A DNA stretch of 64,000 nucleotides from an uncultured Oscillospiraceae bacterium (GCA_964440115.1 CAYTPV010000007.1:23107-87106), one strand, 5' to 3'. Positions 39,697-50,694 are shown, counted from the first letter of the stretch. Translations and numbers: made by a program. The notes: generated by a model not told the origin, from the letters alone.

Positions 39697-39913
39697 GTTG
39701 CTTTTTTGAGAACAAGCGATTAACCTTTTTGCGGATGCTTTGCTTTCTTGCGGCGGTTTTTTCAGTGTCAACCAGATATGAAGCTTCGATCCATACAATG
39801 ATGTCGCCTTCTCTGGCGTCTTCGGCTATCAAGTTTCTGCGAATATTGACAAACTCACCTGTTTCACATTCGCAGACAGCATAATCGCCTTCGAAACGGT
39901 CGATGATGAGCAT
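39689..39913 (-). CDS. DUF3006-family protein
   Basis: IIDRFEGDYAVCE...AREGD motif. Confidence 0.85.
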   Translation of the reverse strand: MLIIDRFEGDYAVCECETGEFVNIRRNLIAEDAREGDIIVWIEASYLVDTEKTAARKQSIRKKVNRLFSKKQPT

Positions 39914-40101
39914 ATGTGACCCCTTTCAAAACAATTATTGGACTAAATTATACTATGCGTTTTCTATTTTTGTACAGTGAGAGGTTAAAAAATTGAATAA
40001 TAGTCGAAAATTGTCGTGTTTGATCAAAACTTATGGTATGATGAAATCAGTATCATGCGACTCGTGTGTTGAGCATAACGGGAGGAGCGTGTTATAATCA
40101 A

Positions 40102-40317
40102 ATGAAAAGTAAGATCAATTTTGTTGAAGGCATGCCGGTAGAAATACCTGCGCTCGATGAAACTGGTGAACAGGAACGCGCCCGCCTGAATGCTTTGGCT
40201 CTTCAGGAATATGAGGATACCGGAACGCTTGTCAGTGAAAAGCTGCAGGAAGCAAACACGTATTTTCAGGAAAAAGCAAAGAAGCATATTTTGCAGGATG
40301 AGGCGAAACCAGATTAA
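40102..40317 (+). CDS. Small hypothetical protein
   Basis: Acidic helical 71-aa ORF upstream of the phosphatase; start uncertain. Confidence 0.5.
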   Translation: MKSKINFVEGMPVEIPALDETGEQERARLNALALQEYEDTGTLVSEKLQEANTYFQEKAKKHILQDEAKPD

Positions 40318-40349
40318 TTGGGCTGAGGCATTCCGGACGGAGGCTTAGC

Positions 40350-41441
40350 ATGCTCCAAACGAACACTGCGGAGGTTTTGCAAGGCATTTTGGATGCCATG
40401 CAGGACATGTTGCGTGTGCTCGATCTCTCGCAAAACGTAGTTTTGAGCAACCAGAGCTACTCACGCTGTTTTGGTACACAGCTTGGTAATACCTGCAGCG
40501 AGATGTTCTGTACCGGGAACCCATGCAGAAACTGTGTTTCCCGCCAGGCTCTCATGAATGGGCAGACCTATCAAAAGAACAAAAAATTCAAAGGGCGGAC
40601 GTATTGGGTTAACGCTTCGCCTCTTTATGATTCCCAAGGTGAAGCAATTGGCACCGTCGAGGTGTTTCGGGATATTACAGATCAGGTCATGCAGCAGCAG
40701 TTGCTGCGATCACAGAACAAGCGTCTGTTGCGTGAGGCAAATCTTGCGGCCAGAATGCAGCGCGAATTGTTCTTGGCGCAGGATAAACTGGATTCACGCG
40801 TAAGCATAAGTTCCCGTTATCTTCCCGCCAGCAGTCTGGGCGGAGATATGTTTGGCAGCATAAAGCTTTCGGATGGCCGCATAGGTTTTTATATAGCGGA
40901 TGTATCCGGCCATGGTATGGCGGCGGCGATGATAACGCTTCTTCTTGCTAACGCTCTTCGCGGAATACATGCCCAATCCGCCGCGCATATGCTCAATAGT
41001 GCACGGGAAGCGTTTGTGTCCATGGTGCGCGATGTTCAGCTTTATGCGACCATGTTTGTCGCGTTGCTTGATCCCGAAAGCGGAAAGCTGCAGTGGGCCA
41101 ATGCCGGATTGAATGCTACACCGCTGCTTATGGGAGAAAATGGCCTGGAACATTTATATGCGCCGTCCCTGCCGATCTGCAGTTGGGAAGAAAACATCAC
41201 CTACCATAATCATGAAACCGTTTTACCCGTAAACGGCAGTCTGTTGCTGTATACCGACGGTCTTCTGGATCAAAAATCCAGCCGTTTGAGCGAAGACGAA
41301 TTAGAGCGGCGGATGCTGCGCCAAACGGGAGAAACATTGCTGGATGTCTTGGAAAAACAGGTGCTGATTGACCATGAGGATGACGTCTGTATGCTTCTCG
41401 TCACCCGCAGGCAAGATGACAGCACTGTGAACAATTCATAA
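40350..41441 (+). CDS. PAS + PP2C (SpoIIE/RsbU-family) serine phosphatase
   Basis: PAS region with C..C..PCRNC; GGDMF, ADVSGHG, LYTDG, EDDVC metal-binding motifs. Confidence 0.88.
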   Translation: MLQTNTAEVLQGILDAMQDMLRVLDLSQNVVLSNQSYSRCFGTQLGNTCSEMFCTGNPCRNCVSRQALMNGQTYQKNKKFKGRTYWVNASPLYDSQGEAIGTVEVFRDITDQVMQQQLLRSQNKRLLREANLAARMQRELFLAQDKLDSRVSISSRYLPASSLGGDMFGSIKLSDGRIGFYIADVSGHGMAAAMITLLLANALRGIHAQSAAHMLNSAREAFVSMVRDVQLYATMFVALLDPESGKLQWANAGLNATPLLMGENGLEHLYAPSLPICSWEENITYHNHETVLPVNGSLLLYTDGLLDQKSSRLSEDELERRMLRQTGETLLDVLEKQVLIDHEDDVCMLLVTRRQDDSTVNNS

Positions 41442-41617
41442 ATAATTTCATACCCAGCCGCATGGCGGCTGTTAAATAGGGAATACATTTAGTATAATAG
41501 GCGTATCGGCGCATATAAGTGGAGCTTAATGAACACCTGTTTATTGGCCCCGACTTTTCGCCGTTTTGTATACATGTGATGGACGGGCGCTTTGGCGCGC
41601 CTGAAGGGGGTGCAGAC

Positions 41618-42460
41618 ATGTCCTATGACGAAATTGTAAATGCCATAGCGAGCGGCTTTGGCCAGTTTTCGTTTGGGGACGCGCTGGATATCCTCATTAT
41701 CGCATGGATTCTTTATAAACTGATTGTCTGGACAAAAGAAACGCGCGCATATCAGGTTTTAAAGGGATTTGCCATACTTGCGCTGTCTTATTTTGTAAGC
41801 CAGATACTTGCCCTTCATACGCTTAGCTTTTTACTCGGGACGATTGTACAATCCGGAATTATCGTGGTTGTCATACTCTTCCAGCCTGAAATAAGGCGTG
41901 CTTTTGAACACATAGGTAGAGGGCATTTGTTTGACCGTTCTGTTTGGAATGGGCTGGGCAGGGATCCTTCGGATATTGTGCGCGAGCTACATAAGGCGGT
42001 GCTGGGCATGGCACGCCGCCGTGTAGGTGCGCTGATTGTGATGGAGCAGACTGTCGCTCTGGGAGATATTATATCGACCGGAACCCGTATTGAGGGGCTC
42101 ATTTCCAGTTCACTGATAGAAAATATATTTGAGCCCAATACACCGCTGCACGACGGTGCTGTGATTGTAAGAAATGATACAATTGTTGCAGCAGGATGCT
42201 TCCTGCCCCTTTCTGACGATGTCGATATCGCACGTGAACTTGGCACGCGGCACAGGGCAGCATTGGGCATTTCGGGCGTGTCGGACAGCATAACACTTGT
42301 TGTATCCGAAGAGACTGGCATTATTTCTGTCGCACAGGATGGTAAACTTGTGCGTTATATCGATTCAAAAGCGCTTAAGGATTTGCTGGACGGCATTTAT
42401 CAAAAGGATCGCGGCAATTCGTTTGCTTGGTTTGGGCGGAGGAACAAGGATGAAAAATAA
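41618..42460 (+). CDS. cdaA: Diadenylate cyclase CdaA
   Basis: Three N-terminal TMs, PLHDGA and GTRHRAA motifs. Confidence 0.95.
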   Translation: MSYDEIVNAIASGFGQFSFGDALDILIIAWILYKLIVWTKETRAYQVLKGFAILALSYFVSQILALHTLSFLLGTIVQSGIIVVVILFQPEIRRAFEHIGRGHLFDRSVWNGLGRDPSDIVRELHKAVLGMARRRVGALIVMEQTVALGDIISTGTRIEGLISSSLIENIFEPNTPLHDGAVIVRNDTIVAAGCFLPLSDDVDIARELGTRHRAALGISGVSDSITLVVSEETGIISVAQDGKLVRYIDSKALKDLLDGIYQKDRGNSFAWFGRRNKDEK

Positions 42461-43748
42461 GAATGAGGCCGGCAAAAAGGTTGGAACATTCTTAAAAAAT
42501 ATATTCCTTAAGAATTTGGGCGTTAAAATTGCCTCGCTTGTTTTTGCTACCGTTTTGTGGGGCATTGTGCTTACCCTCCAGAATCCCAATAGGATTAAGA
42601 CACTCCAGAATGTACCCATCAGCTTCGCGGGAGAAGCCGATTTGCAGGCGCGCGATCTTGTTGTAAGAGGCAATCCGCTTTCCGGTATGGAAGGAATTAC
42701 TGTTAAGGTCAGTACGCCAATTACCAATTACGCCGATCTGAGCGTGGATCATATCTCCGCTTCCGTCAGTTTGAATAACGTCAAGTCTGCCGGTATCTGG
42801 GAGCTGCCCGTCAATGCTACCGTTTCCGCAAGGCTTTCCGATACAAGAGTCGAAAGTGTAAACCCGGAGAAGATTACCGTTGAGGTCGACGTATTGGCGA
42901 CAAAAACGGTGCCTGTCGAGGCATACTATGAAGGAACGCTGCCCAACGGCTATTGGGGCGCGCCGGCCGAACTAAGCATGTCCTATGTGGATATTCGCGG
43001 ACCCAAACAGGATATGGAGCATGTGACGCGCGCAATCTGCAAAATACAGATGACGGACCGCAAGCAAAGCTATAACGACGCCGTTACTGTAACTTTACTC
43101 GACGAGAACGGCAACGAGATGGATTCCTCACTATTTCTGGGAAGTCTGCCGGCCGTTACCGTAAAAATGACCGTGTACCCAATGAAACGGGTTCCCGTGA
43201 ATGTAACGGGTTCTTTGCTGGGTGCCGACAATCTGCCGGCAAATTACGAGCTATACGCTGCAACAGCCACGCCGGCCACACTGGATATCGTGGGCGAGGC
43301 GTCCGCGCTAGAAGGAATCAATTCACTGGTGCTTACCGGGCTTGATGTTGCCGGGCAGAAAGAATCTATGCACGAAACTTTGACCGTACAGGTGCCCGAA
43401 GGCGTTACGCTGCTTGGCAGTAACGGTGAAGTGGAAGTGTTCGTAGATATTCGCGAGAAAACCAGCAGCAAGCGCTTCGAATCCGTACCCATTGTTTGCA
43501 AAAGCTTGGGAAAAGGTCTCAAAGCAACGGTCAGCAGTGAAAACACGGATATCGATGTATCCGGGCGCATCAGTCTTGTTGATTTGTTGGAACGCAACGA
43601 TGTCGAAGCTTTCGTTGATCTGAAAGGCCTCAAGGAAGGCGTATATGATTTGGATGTCAGCGTATACCTTGGCAACGATGAAACTACGCTGGAACTGACC
43701 TCGGTACTGAGTGTATCAAAGGTCACCGTTACCATATCAAAGGCATAA
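42450..43748 (+). CDS. cdaR: CdaR (YbbR-domain) regulator
   Basis: N-terminal TM plus repeated YbbR-like beta domains; overlaps the end of cdaA. Confidence 0.85.
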   Translation: MKNKNEAGKKVGTFLKNIFLKNLGVKIASLVFATVLWGIVLTLQNPNRIKTLQNVPISFAGEADLQARDLVVRGNPLSGMEGITVKVSTPITNYADLSVDHISASVSLNNVKSAGIWELPVNATVSARLSDTRVESVNPEKITVEVDVLATKTVPVEAYYEGTLPNGYWGAPAELSMSYVDIRGPKQDMEHVTRAICKIQMTDRKQSYNDAVTVTLLDENGNEMDSSLFLGSLPAVTVKMTVYPMKRVPVNVTGSLLGADNLPANYELYAATATPATLDIVGEASALEGINSLVLTGLDVAGQKESMHETLTVQVPEGVTLLGSNGEVEVFVDIREKTSSKRFESVPIVCKSLGKGLKATVSSENTDIDVSGRISLVDLLERNDVEAFVDLKGLKEGVYDLDVSVYLGNDETTLELTSVLSVSKVTVTISKA

Positions 43749-43827
43749 CGGTTGGGTTGCTGAAAAGTATGAGGCGCCCGAAAAGGCGCCTTTTTTATGA
43801 GAATGTTGGAAATGAATTGAGGCAAAC

Positions 43828-45441
43828 ATGGCACTGCTGCTGACGGATATCAAAATGCCCATAGAAACCCAATGGAACGAAATGCCCGCTCTTATATCAG
43901 CCCAGTTTGATTTGCCTGCACAGAGCGTGCAGGCTACGCGTATCATTCGGGAATCACTCGACGCACGCAAAAAAAACGATATTCATTTTCGTATATCAGC
44001 AGTGGCGCAATTGGAGTCTATTTGGCAGAATCGTCTGGTAAAGCGCGGGGATAAACGTGTCTCGATATACACGCCGCCTGCGGAATACAGCCTTCCGACT
44101 GGAACTGAGCAGCCAAAGGGAAGAATAGTAGTCGTCGGATTTGGCCCCGCCGGCATATTTGCCGCTTATTTTCTTGCACAGGCCGGTTACAAGCCGCTTG
44201 TATTGGAGAGAGGCCGGGAGGTCGCCCAAAGAAAAGCAGATGTTCTGCGCTTCTGGAGCAATGGAGCTTTGGATGAACAAAGCAATGTCATGTTCGGGGA
44301 AGGCGGCGCCGGTACATTTTCGGATGGAAAACTCACTACGCGCAGCAAGGATGCGCGGGCGGATGTCGTGCTGGCCACATTAGCCAAACATGGTGCGCCG
44401 GACGATATTGTATATCAGGCGAAACCGCATGTAGGCACCGATCTGCTGCAGAATGTTGTGCGTGATATGCGCGAAGCCGTTTGCAATATGGGCGGAGAGA
44501 TTCGATTTGAGTCCCGAATGTCCGATCTGCATATACAGGACGGCGAACTCGCTGCTGTCGATGTGATGCACAACGGAAAAAAGGAACGAATCGCCTGCGC
44601 AGCTTGTGTGCTTGCTGCGGGACAAGCCGCTCGTGACGTATATGAACTGCTGCTGCATAAAGGGTTAACGCTTGTGCCCAAGTCCTTTGCCGTGGGCGTG
44701 CGAATTGAGCATCCGCAGGGAATGATCGACAGGGCGCAGTTCGGCGCTTTGGCAGGACATCCAAGGCTAGGCGCAGCGGAATATCGCCTGACAGCCCAAA
44801 GCGGAACCCGAGGCGTATATACATTCTGCATGTGTCCGGGAGGACAGGTTGTGGCATCCTCATCTGAGGAAGAACAAGTGGTTGTCAACGGCATGAGCGA
44901 CCGCGCGCGCAACGGCAAAAACGCGAATGCCGCTGTTATTGTGCAGGTCGGTCCCGAAGATTTCGGCCATGATCCGCTCTCAGGTGTGCGCTTTCAGCAG
45001 GAGCTTGAGCGTAAGGCGTATTTGCTGGGAGCATCGGATGGAGCGTATTTTGCCCCCGCTCAAAGATTGGAAGATTTTCTCACGTTGCGTCAAAGCCGGA
45101 CTTTTGGCGATGTGAAGCCATCGTATCGGCCTGGTGTTTCTATGCATAAGATGGATGCGCTGCTTCCGGAATATGTCTGTGCCGGCATACGGGATGGGAT
45201 TGCCGGATTTTCGAGGCAGCTGAAAGGATTTGATCTGCCCGATGCCGTGCTCACAGCCGTAGAAAGTCGCACAAGTTCTCCGGTACGCATAGTGCGCGAT
45301 GAGCGGGGTGAAGCGCCGGGTGCCGCCGGGCTGTACCCGGTCGGGGAAGGTGCGGGGTATGCGGGTGGTATTGTCAGTGCGGCTATTGACGGTATGCATG
45401 CCGCAGAGCGCATAGCCGCGAAATTTAAACCTCAGCCATGA
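43828..45441 (+). CDS. FAD-dependent oxidoreductase
   Basis: GFGPAG, GEGGAGTFSDGKL, KPHVGTD, GEGAGYAGGIVSAAIDG. Confidence 0.88.
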   Translation: MALLLTDIKMPIETQWNEMPALISAQFDLPAQSVQATRIIRESLDARKKNDIHFRISAVAQLESIWQNRLVKRGDKRVSIYTPPAEYSLPTGTEQPKGRIVVVGFGPAGIFAAYFLAQAGYKPLVLERGREVAQRKADVLRFWSNGALDEQSNVMFGEGGAGTFSDGKLTTRSKDARADVVLATLAKHGAPDDIVYQAKPHVGTDLLQNVVRDMREAVCNMGGEIRFESRMSDLHIQDGELAAVDVMHNGKKERIACAACVLAAGQAARDVYELLLHKGLTLVPKSFAVGVRIEHPQGMIDRAQFGALAGHPRLGAAEYRLTAQSGTRGVYTFCMCPGGQVVASSSEEEQVVVNGMSDRARNGKNANAAVIVQVGPEDFGHDPLSGVRFQQELERKAYLLGASDGAYFAPAQRLEDFLTLRQSRTFGDVKPSYRPGVSMHKMDALLPEYVCAGIRDGIAGFSRQLKGFDLPDAVLTAVESRTSSPVRIVRDERGEAPGAAGLYPVGEGAGYAGGIVSAAIDGMHAAERIAAKFKPQP

Positions 45442-45541
45442 AAATTTATACATTGATTTTTATTATAATACATACCATTCTCTGAGAATTAGTTGTATAA
45501 TTGTACTGTGAGCGACTGAGATATACAGATAGGATACTGCA

Positions 45542-46258
45542 ATGAAGCAATTTTACGTGTTAATAGGAAACTTCGGAAGCGGCAAAACGGAAATCTCGCT
45601 TAATCTGGCGATGAACACCGTTAAGACAGGCAAAAGCGTTCTGGTTGATCTGGATATTGTAAATCCCTATTTCCGTTCCGCAGAACGCAAGGCCGAACTG
45701 GAGCAGGCCGGCGTGAAATTGCTGTATCCTGTATTCGCATTGTCCGCAGTGGATGTACCGTCATTGCCACCGGATATTTATTCAGTATTTGTGGATAACA
45801 GCGATACGGTCATATTTGATGTGGGGGGAGATCCTGCGGGTGCTACAGCGCTTGGCCAGTATAAGGCGAATTTCAGCGCGATTCCCGAAGAAGCGCTCGA
45901 AGTGTTGTATGTAGTCAATGCGCGCAGGCCGCTTTCTTCTACGCCCGACGCTGTGCTGGATATGATCAATCGGATCAGTTACCGTTCGCGCCTGGCCATT
46001 ACAGGCTTGATCAACAATACCAATCTGTCCTATGAAACATCATCGGATGATTTGTTTGCGGGATATGAATTGCTAAAAGAAGTTTCGGAAAAGACAGGCA
46101 TCCCTGTCGAATATACCTGCGGCACAGCCGAACCATTGCAGGAATACCTTTCCCTTTCTGAAGAAAAAGGGTTGGACAAGCGGTATATCGGAAAAACAAT
46201 GGAATTGAACATATATATGCGCAGGGACTGGGATCGTTTTACAGAACTCGGAATATGA
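45542..46258 (+). CDS. P-loop ATP-binding protein upstream of the oxoacid oxidoreductase operon
   Basis: GNFGSGKTE Walker A, DLDIVNPYFRS. Confidence 0.8.
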   Translation: MKQFYVLIGNFGSGKTEISLNLAMNTVKTGKSVLVDLDIVNPYFRSAERKAELEQAGVKLLYPVFALSAVDVPSLPPDIYSVFVDNSDTVIFDVGGDPAGATALGQYKANFSAIPEEALEVLYVVNARRPLSSTPDAVLDMINRISYRSRLAITGLINNTNLSYETSSDDLFAGYELLKEVSEKTGIPVEYTCGTAEPLQEYLSLSEEKGLDKRYIGKTMELNIYMRRDWDRFTELGI

Positions 46259-46357
46259 CGCGCCGCCTGCCCAGACTGGAAAATTTCTGATTGGGCTTAA
46301 AACGGCGGCAAAGCGTTTACATAATATTTAGTTTAGGAAAGAGAGGTTGAACAAGCA

Positions 46358-46564
46358 ATGGCCGTGGTAACCATTAACGAAGAACTTTGCAAAGGCTGCG
46401 GACTCTGCGTGCGGGCGTGTCCGAAAAAGATCATGCAGTTGTCCAAATCCAAGCTGAACTCCAAAGGCTATCACCCTTCGGAGGTAACCGATATGGCAGC
46501 ATGTATCGCCTGCGCGTCCTGCGCACGTACCTGCCCGGACGTCGCTATTCAAATTGAGAAGTGA
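46358..46564 (+). CDS. 2-oxoacid:ferredoxin oxidoreductase delta subunit (2x[4Fe-4S] ferredoxin)
   Basis: CKGCGLCVRACP and CIACASCARTCP. Confidence 0.9.
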   Translation: MAVVTINEELCKGCGLCVRACPKKIMQLSKSKLNSKGYHPSEVTDMAACIACASCARTCPDVAIQIEK

Positions 46565-46576
46565 GGAGTAAACGCA

Positions 46577-47650
46577 ATGGCTAAGAAACTTATGAAAGGC
46601 TGCGAGGCGATTGCGGAAGCCGCCATACAGGCTGGCTGCCGATTCTTTTTCGGTTACCCCATCACCCCGCAGAACGATATTCCCGAATACATGTCCGCCC
46701 GTATGCCCAAGTTGGAAGGCGGCTGTTTCCTGCAGGCGGAAAGCGAAGTCGCCGCCATCAACATGGTTTACGGCGCAGCTGGCGCAGGCGCGCGCGTCAT
46801 GACTTCGTCATCCAGCCCCGGAATTAGTCTGAAAATGGAAGGCATCTCCTATATCGCCGGTGCGGAACTGCCCTGTGTAATCGTAAACGTCATGCGCGGC
46901 GGGCCGGGCCTTGGCTCCATTCAGGCGTCTCAGGGCGATTATTTCCAGGCTACAAAAGGCGGCGGACACGGCGATTACCATATGGTCGCTTATGCACCCG
47001 CATCCGTGCAGGAAGCAATCGACCTCATGCAGACTGCCTTCGATGTGGCGGATAAATACCGTACACCCGTCATGGTTCTGGCAGACGGCATCATCGGCCA
47101 GATGATGGAACCTGTCGAGATAAAGACAAACCAAAACCCGCAGACTATGAAAAAGGACTGGGCGACGACCGGCTGGAGCGCCTCAAAATCGGAACGGCCC
47201 CGTTCGGTGATCAACTCTCTTTATATAGAGGTTGAGGAACTGGAAATCCTGAATGATCGTCTGCAGGCACGGTATGCCGAAATTGAAAAGAACGAGACGT
47301 TGGTCGAGCTGTATAATCTCGATGGCGCGGAATATGTGATTTGCGCATACGGCACTGTAGCACGTATCTGCAAAACGGCGATCGCCCAACTTGCGAAAAA
47401 GGGCGTTAAAGTCGGATTGGTACGGCCCATCACCATATGGCCGTTCCCCAAGAAGGCAGTGCACGATGCTATTGTTGCGTCCGGCGTGAAGAAGGGGCTG
47501 TGTGTGGAAATGAGTGCAGGCCAGATGATAGAGGATGTAAAGCTCGCTGTTAATGGAGAAAAAGAAGTCGAGTTCCTCGGTCATCCCGGCAGCCGCGTAC
47601 CCACCGCCGAAGAAGTCGCCGATAGAATATTGCAGATGAGGGGGGCTTGA
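46577..47650 (+). CDS. vorB: 2-oxoacid:ferredoxin oxidoreductase alpha subunit (VorB-like)
   Basis: GYPITPQ, QAESEVAA, TSSSSPG, RGGPGLG. Confidence 0.88.
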   Translation: MAKKLMKGCEAIAEAAIQAGCRFFFGYPITPQNDIPEYMSARMPKLEGGCFLQAESEVAAINMVYGAAGAGARVMTSSSSPGISLKMEGISYIAGAELPCVIVNVMRGGPGLGSIQASQGDYFQATKGGGHGDYHMVAYAPASVQEAIDLMQTAFDVADKYRTPVMVLADGIIGQMMEPVEIKTNQNPQTMKKDWATTGWSASKSERPRSVINSLYIEVEELEILNDRLQARYAEIEKNETLVELYNLDGAEYVICAYGTVARICKTAIAQLAKKGVKVGLVRPITIWPFPKKAVHDAIVASGVKKGLCVEMSAGQMIEDVKLAVNGEKEVEFLGHPGSRVPTAEEVADRILQMRGA

Positions 47651-48390
47651 CAATGGCGATCGTATTTAAAAAGACCCCGGTTCTTGCCGATACGGTGATG
47701 CATTATTGCCCGGGCTGCGGCCACGGCATCGTCCATCGCCTTGTGGCGGAAACGATAGAAGAGTTAAATTTGCAGGATAGAGCCGTGGGCGTGGCGCCCG
47801 TCGGCTGTGCTGTATTCGCTTACCGGTATTTCAACATCGATATGCAGGAGGCCGCTCATGGCCGCGCACCCGCCGTGGCGACGGGTATCAAACGCGTATT
47901 GGGACCGGAAAGCTGCGTGTTCACTTATCAGGGCGATGGCGATCTTGCATCCATAGGCACGGCAGAAATCGTGCAGGCAGCGCATCGCGGTGAGAAGATT
48001 ACCACCATATTCATCAACAACGCCATTTATGGCATGACGGGCGGTCAGATGGCGCCCACCACGCTTGTTGGCCAGAAGACCACGACATCGCCTTACGGCC
48101 GTGATCAGGAACATTGCGGCAGCCCCATCCGTATGGCGGAAATGCTCGCGACAATCGAAGGCGCGGCTTACATTGAGCGCGTTGCGGTCAACTCAACGGC
48201 AAACATCGTTCGTGCAAAAAAGGCTATCCGTAAGGCGTTTGAGACGCAGATGGAAGGGAAGGGCTTCTCCATGGTAGAAGTGTTGTCCACCTGCCCGACC
48301 AACTGGGGCAAGTCTGCAACCGAATCGATGGATTGGCTGGAAAGCGACATGATCCCGTATTATCCGCTGGGCGTCAAGAAGGAGGTTTGA
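47647..48390 (+). CDS. 2-oxoacid:ferredoxin oxidoreductase beta subunit (TPP-binding)
   Basis: YCPGCGHG, GDGD...NNAIYGMTGGQ. Confidence 0.9.
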   Translation: MTMAIVFKKTPVLADTVMHYCPGCGHGIVHRLVAETIEELNLQDRAVGVAPVGCAVFAYRYFNIDMQEAAHGRAPAVATGIKRVLGPESCVFTYQGDGDLASIGTAEIVQAAHRGEKITTIFINNAIYGMTGGQMAPTTLVGQKTTTSPYGRDQEHCGSPIRMAEMLATIEGAAYIERVAVNSTANIVRAKKAIRKAFETQMEGKGFSMVEVLSTCPTNWGKSATESMDWLESDMIPYYPLGVKKEV

Positions 48391-48392
48391 GC

Positions 48393-48929
48393 ATGCTGGA
48401 GCAAAATCTTTTCGCAGGCTTTGGCGGACAGGGCGTCCTGCTGATGGGCCAGCTTCTCGCTTATGCGGGCATGATAGAGGATAAGTTTGTATCCTGGCTG
48501 CCTTCTTACGGTCCGGAAATGCGCGGCGGTACGGCAAACTGCAGCGTGAATATTTCTGACGAGCCCATAGGCTCTCCGGTCGTAAGCAAAGCAACGGCAG
48601 TCGTCGCGATGAACCGTCCCTCGCTGGAAAAGTTTGAATCCTCGGTGCAGCCGGGCGGTATGCTGTTTATCAACAGCTCTATTATTGATAAGAAGGCCGA
48701 GCGCAGCGATATTCAGGTTTACTATGTACCCTGCAATGAAATCGCGGAAGAACTTGGCAACGGCCGTGTGGCCAACATGGTCATGCTGGGCGCGTATATC
48801 GCAAAAACGCAGTGCGTTGATATTGAGAATGTGTTGAAAGCTCTGCTCGATAAGCTGGGCGAGAAGAAAGCACACCTCATTCCGCTCAACCGTGAAGCGC
48901 TGCTAAAGGGCGCTGCCGCGGTGCAGTAA
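48393..48929 (+). CDS. 2-oxoacid:ferredoxin oxidoreductase gamma subunit
   Basis: [25 protein letters not shown]. Confidence 0.9.
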   Translation: MLEQNLFAGFGGQGVLLMGQLLAYAGMIEDKFVSWLPSYGPEMRGGTANCSVNISDEPIGSPVVSKATAVVAMNRPSLEKFESSVQPGGMLFINSSIIDKKAERSDIQVYYVPCNEIAEELGNGRVANMVMLGAYIAKTQCVDIENVLKALLDKLGEKKAHLIPLNREALLKGAAAVQ

Positions 48930-48942
48930 TAGTACTACTTCA

Positions 48943-48969
48943 AAAGGCGGGGCAATGCCCCGCCTTTTT
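48943..48969. terminator. Bidirectional terminator
   Basis: aaaaggcgggg-caatg-ccccgcctttt. Confidence 0.85.
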
Positions 48970-49021
48970 CGTTGGATAGAAAAAACCGGAGCTTTTACTC
49001 CGGTTTTGTGATGATCCGATA

Positions 49022-50269
49022 TTACCTGAACCCGCCTGCCATACTGCGAGACTTTGTCCTCGGCGAAAAATGCTTGCGGTGCGTTTGCGTTCCGTTTCGG
49101 TTAAAGCCCAGATTGGCGACCTTAGGCTTTGCCATTTCGGGGCTTTGCTCAAGTTCGGGGCCAGTCGGGATGATCATGGCGCGTAAACTGCGCATCATGG
49201 TCTTGAGCTGTGCACGCTCATCGGGATAGATCAAGGTATGCGCGATGCCTTTTTGTTCCGCGCGGCCTGTTCTGCCGATACGGTGTACATAGCTGTCGCT
49301 GTCGAGGGGTATATCGTAATTAATGACTGCGTCAATGTTGTTTACATCTATACCGCGAGAAGCTACGTCGGTCGCGATCAGCACGTCAAGCTTGCCAGTG
49401 CGATATTGCTGCATAACGCGTTCGCGCTGGCTTTGACGCATATCCCCATGCAGCGCGTCGGCTCGCACACCCTTTTCCTGCATGCGCTCTGCGAGTTTTT
49501 TCGCCATACGTTTGGTGTTCACAAACACCAGCGTAAGTGCAAAATTTTCCTCTTTGAGCAGCGATGAAAGCTTTGCTTCCTTCCCGCCGATGGGTACCTC
49601 CGAATAATACTGCTTCACAGAGTCGACCGTCATCGAAGTCTGCTCAACCCTTAGGATTTCAGGATTTTGCTGATACGTTTCCGCAATGGTGAGGATTTCG
49701 CTGCTGAGCGTTGCGGAAAACAAGGCAGTCTGTCTTTCTTCCGGAACGCTATCGAGTATTCTGTTCAGGTCAGGACGGAAGCCCATGTCCAGCATGCGAT
49801 CTGCTTCGTCCAGTACGACCATGCGTACATCCTGCAAGCGAATGGTCTTGCGCCCCATATGGTCAAGCAAGCGCCCAGGAGTTGCTACGACGATCTGCGG
49901 CCTGCGGCGCAGCGCCGCAAACTGCTTTTCAATGCGTTCGCCGCCGTATATTGCGGCTATACGCACACCGGGCTTGCTCGTCGCCAGCTGCTTAAGCACG
50001 GAGGTGATTTGTAACGCGAGTTCGCGCGTGGGGCAAAGTACCAGTGTTTGCAGCGCGTAGGACGTGTTGTCCGTACGCTCAATGACGGGTATGCCGAACG
50101 CGCAGGTCTTTCCCGTTCCGGTAGGTGCCTGCACAGCAGCGTCTTTGCCGTCAAGCAAGGGCTTGATTGAAAGCTGCTGCACAGGCGTGGCGTATGAGAA
50201 ATTCATCCCGTCCAGGCACGTGAGCAGTTCCTTTGATATTCCTAATGTGTTAAATGCCGTTTGTTCCAT
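49022..50269 (-). CDS. DEAD-box RNA helicase
   Basis: Q motif, APTGTGKT, PTRELA, DEAD, SAT, YVHRIGRTGRA. Confidence 0.96.
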   Translation of the reverse strand: MEQTAFNTLGISKELLTCLDGMNFSYATPVQQLSIKPLLDGKDAAVQAPTGTGKTCAFGIPVIERTDNTSYALQTLVLCPTRELALQITSVLKQLATSKPGVRIAAIYGGERIEKQFAALRRRPQIVVATPGRLLDHMGRKTIRLQDVRMVVLDEADRMLDMGFRPDLNRILDSVPEERQTALFSATLSSEILTIAETYQQNPEILRVEQTSMTVDSVKQYYSEVPIGGKEAKLSSLLKEENFALTLVFVNTKRMAKKLAERMQEKGVRADALHGDMRQSQRERVMQQYRTGKLDVLIATDVASRGIDVNNIDAVINYDIPLDSDSYVHRIGRTGRAEQKGIAHTLIYPDERAQLKTMMRSLRAMIIPTGPELEQSPEMAKPKVANLGFNRNGTQTHRKHFSPRTKSRSMAGGFR

Positions 50270-50694
50270 GATTACTCCTATTCTATCGGTTGCGTTGTGC
50301 TGCGCACTGTCGGCCGGCTGTCCGAATGTCTGTTAAACAGAATTTCAAGTGCGCCTGCATGCCGCCATACTTTATTACAATAAAAAACACATGTCCTTTG
50401 CAAATCATCAACCAACAATGACTTACAGGACATGTGAGGCAATGGTGCATGCTGAATACTTATGAATCATAGCATGTACAGTAAAATTTGTCAACTCTGC
50501 TACGTACCGCTTCAGATCGGTTGGATATTTCTAAACTATACAAATTGATGCTTGGGAAAGTTGACTTAATTATAACGAATAAAAATAATTATATTTTTCT
50601 TATTTTTTTTACTAAACTAATTGTAAATTGTGCCGAAGTTATAAATAATATATGTTTACGTACCTATTTGTTAAATACTGTAAGGAGATTGTTA

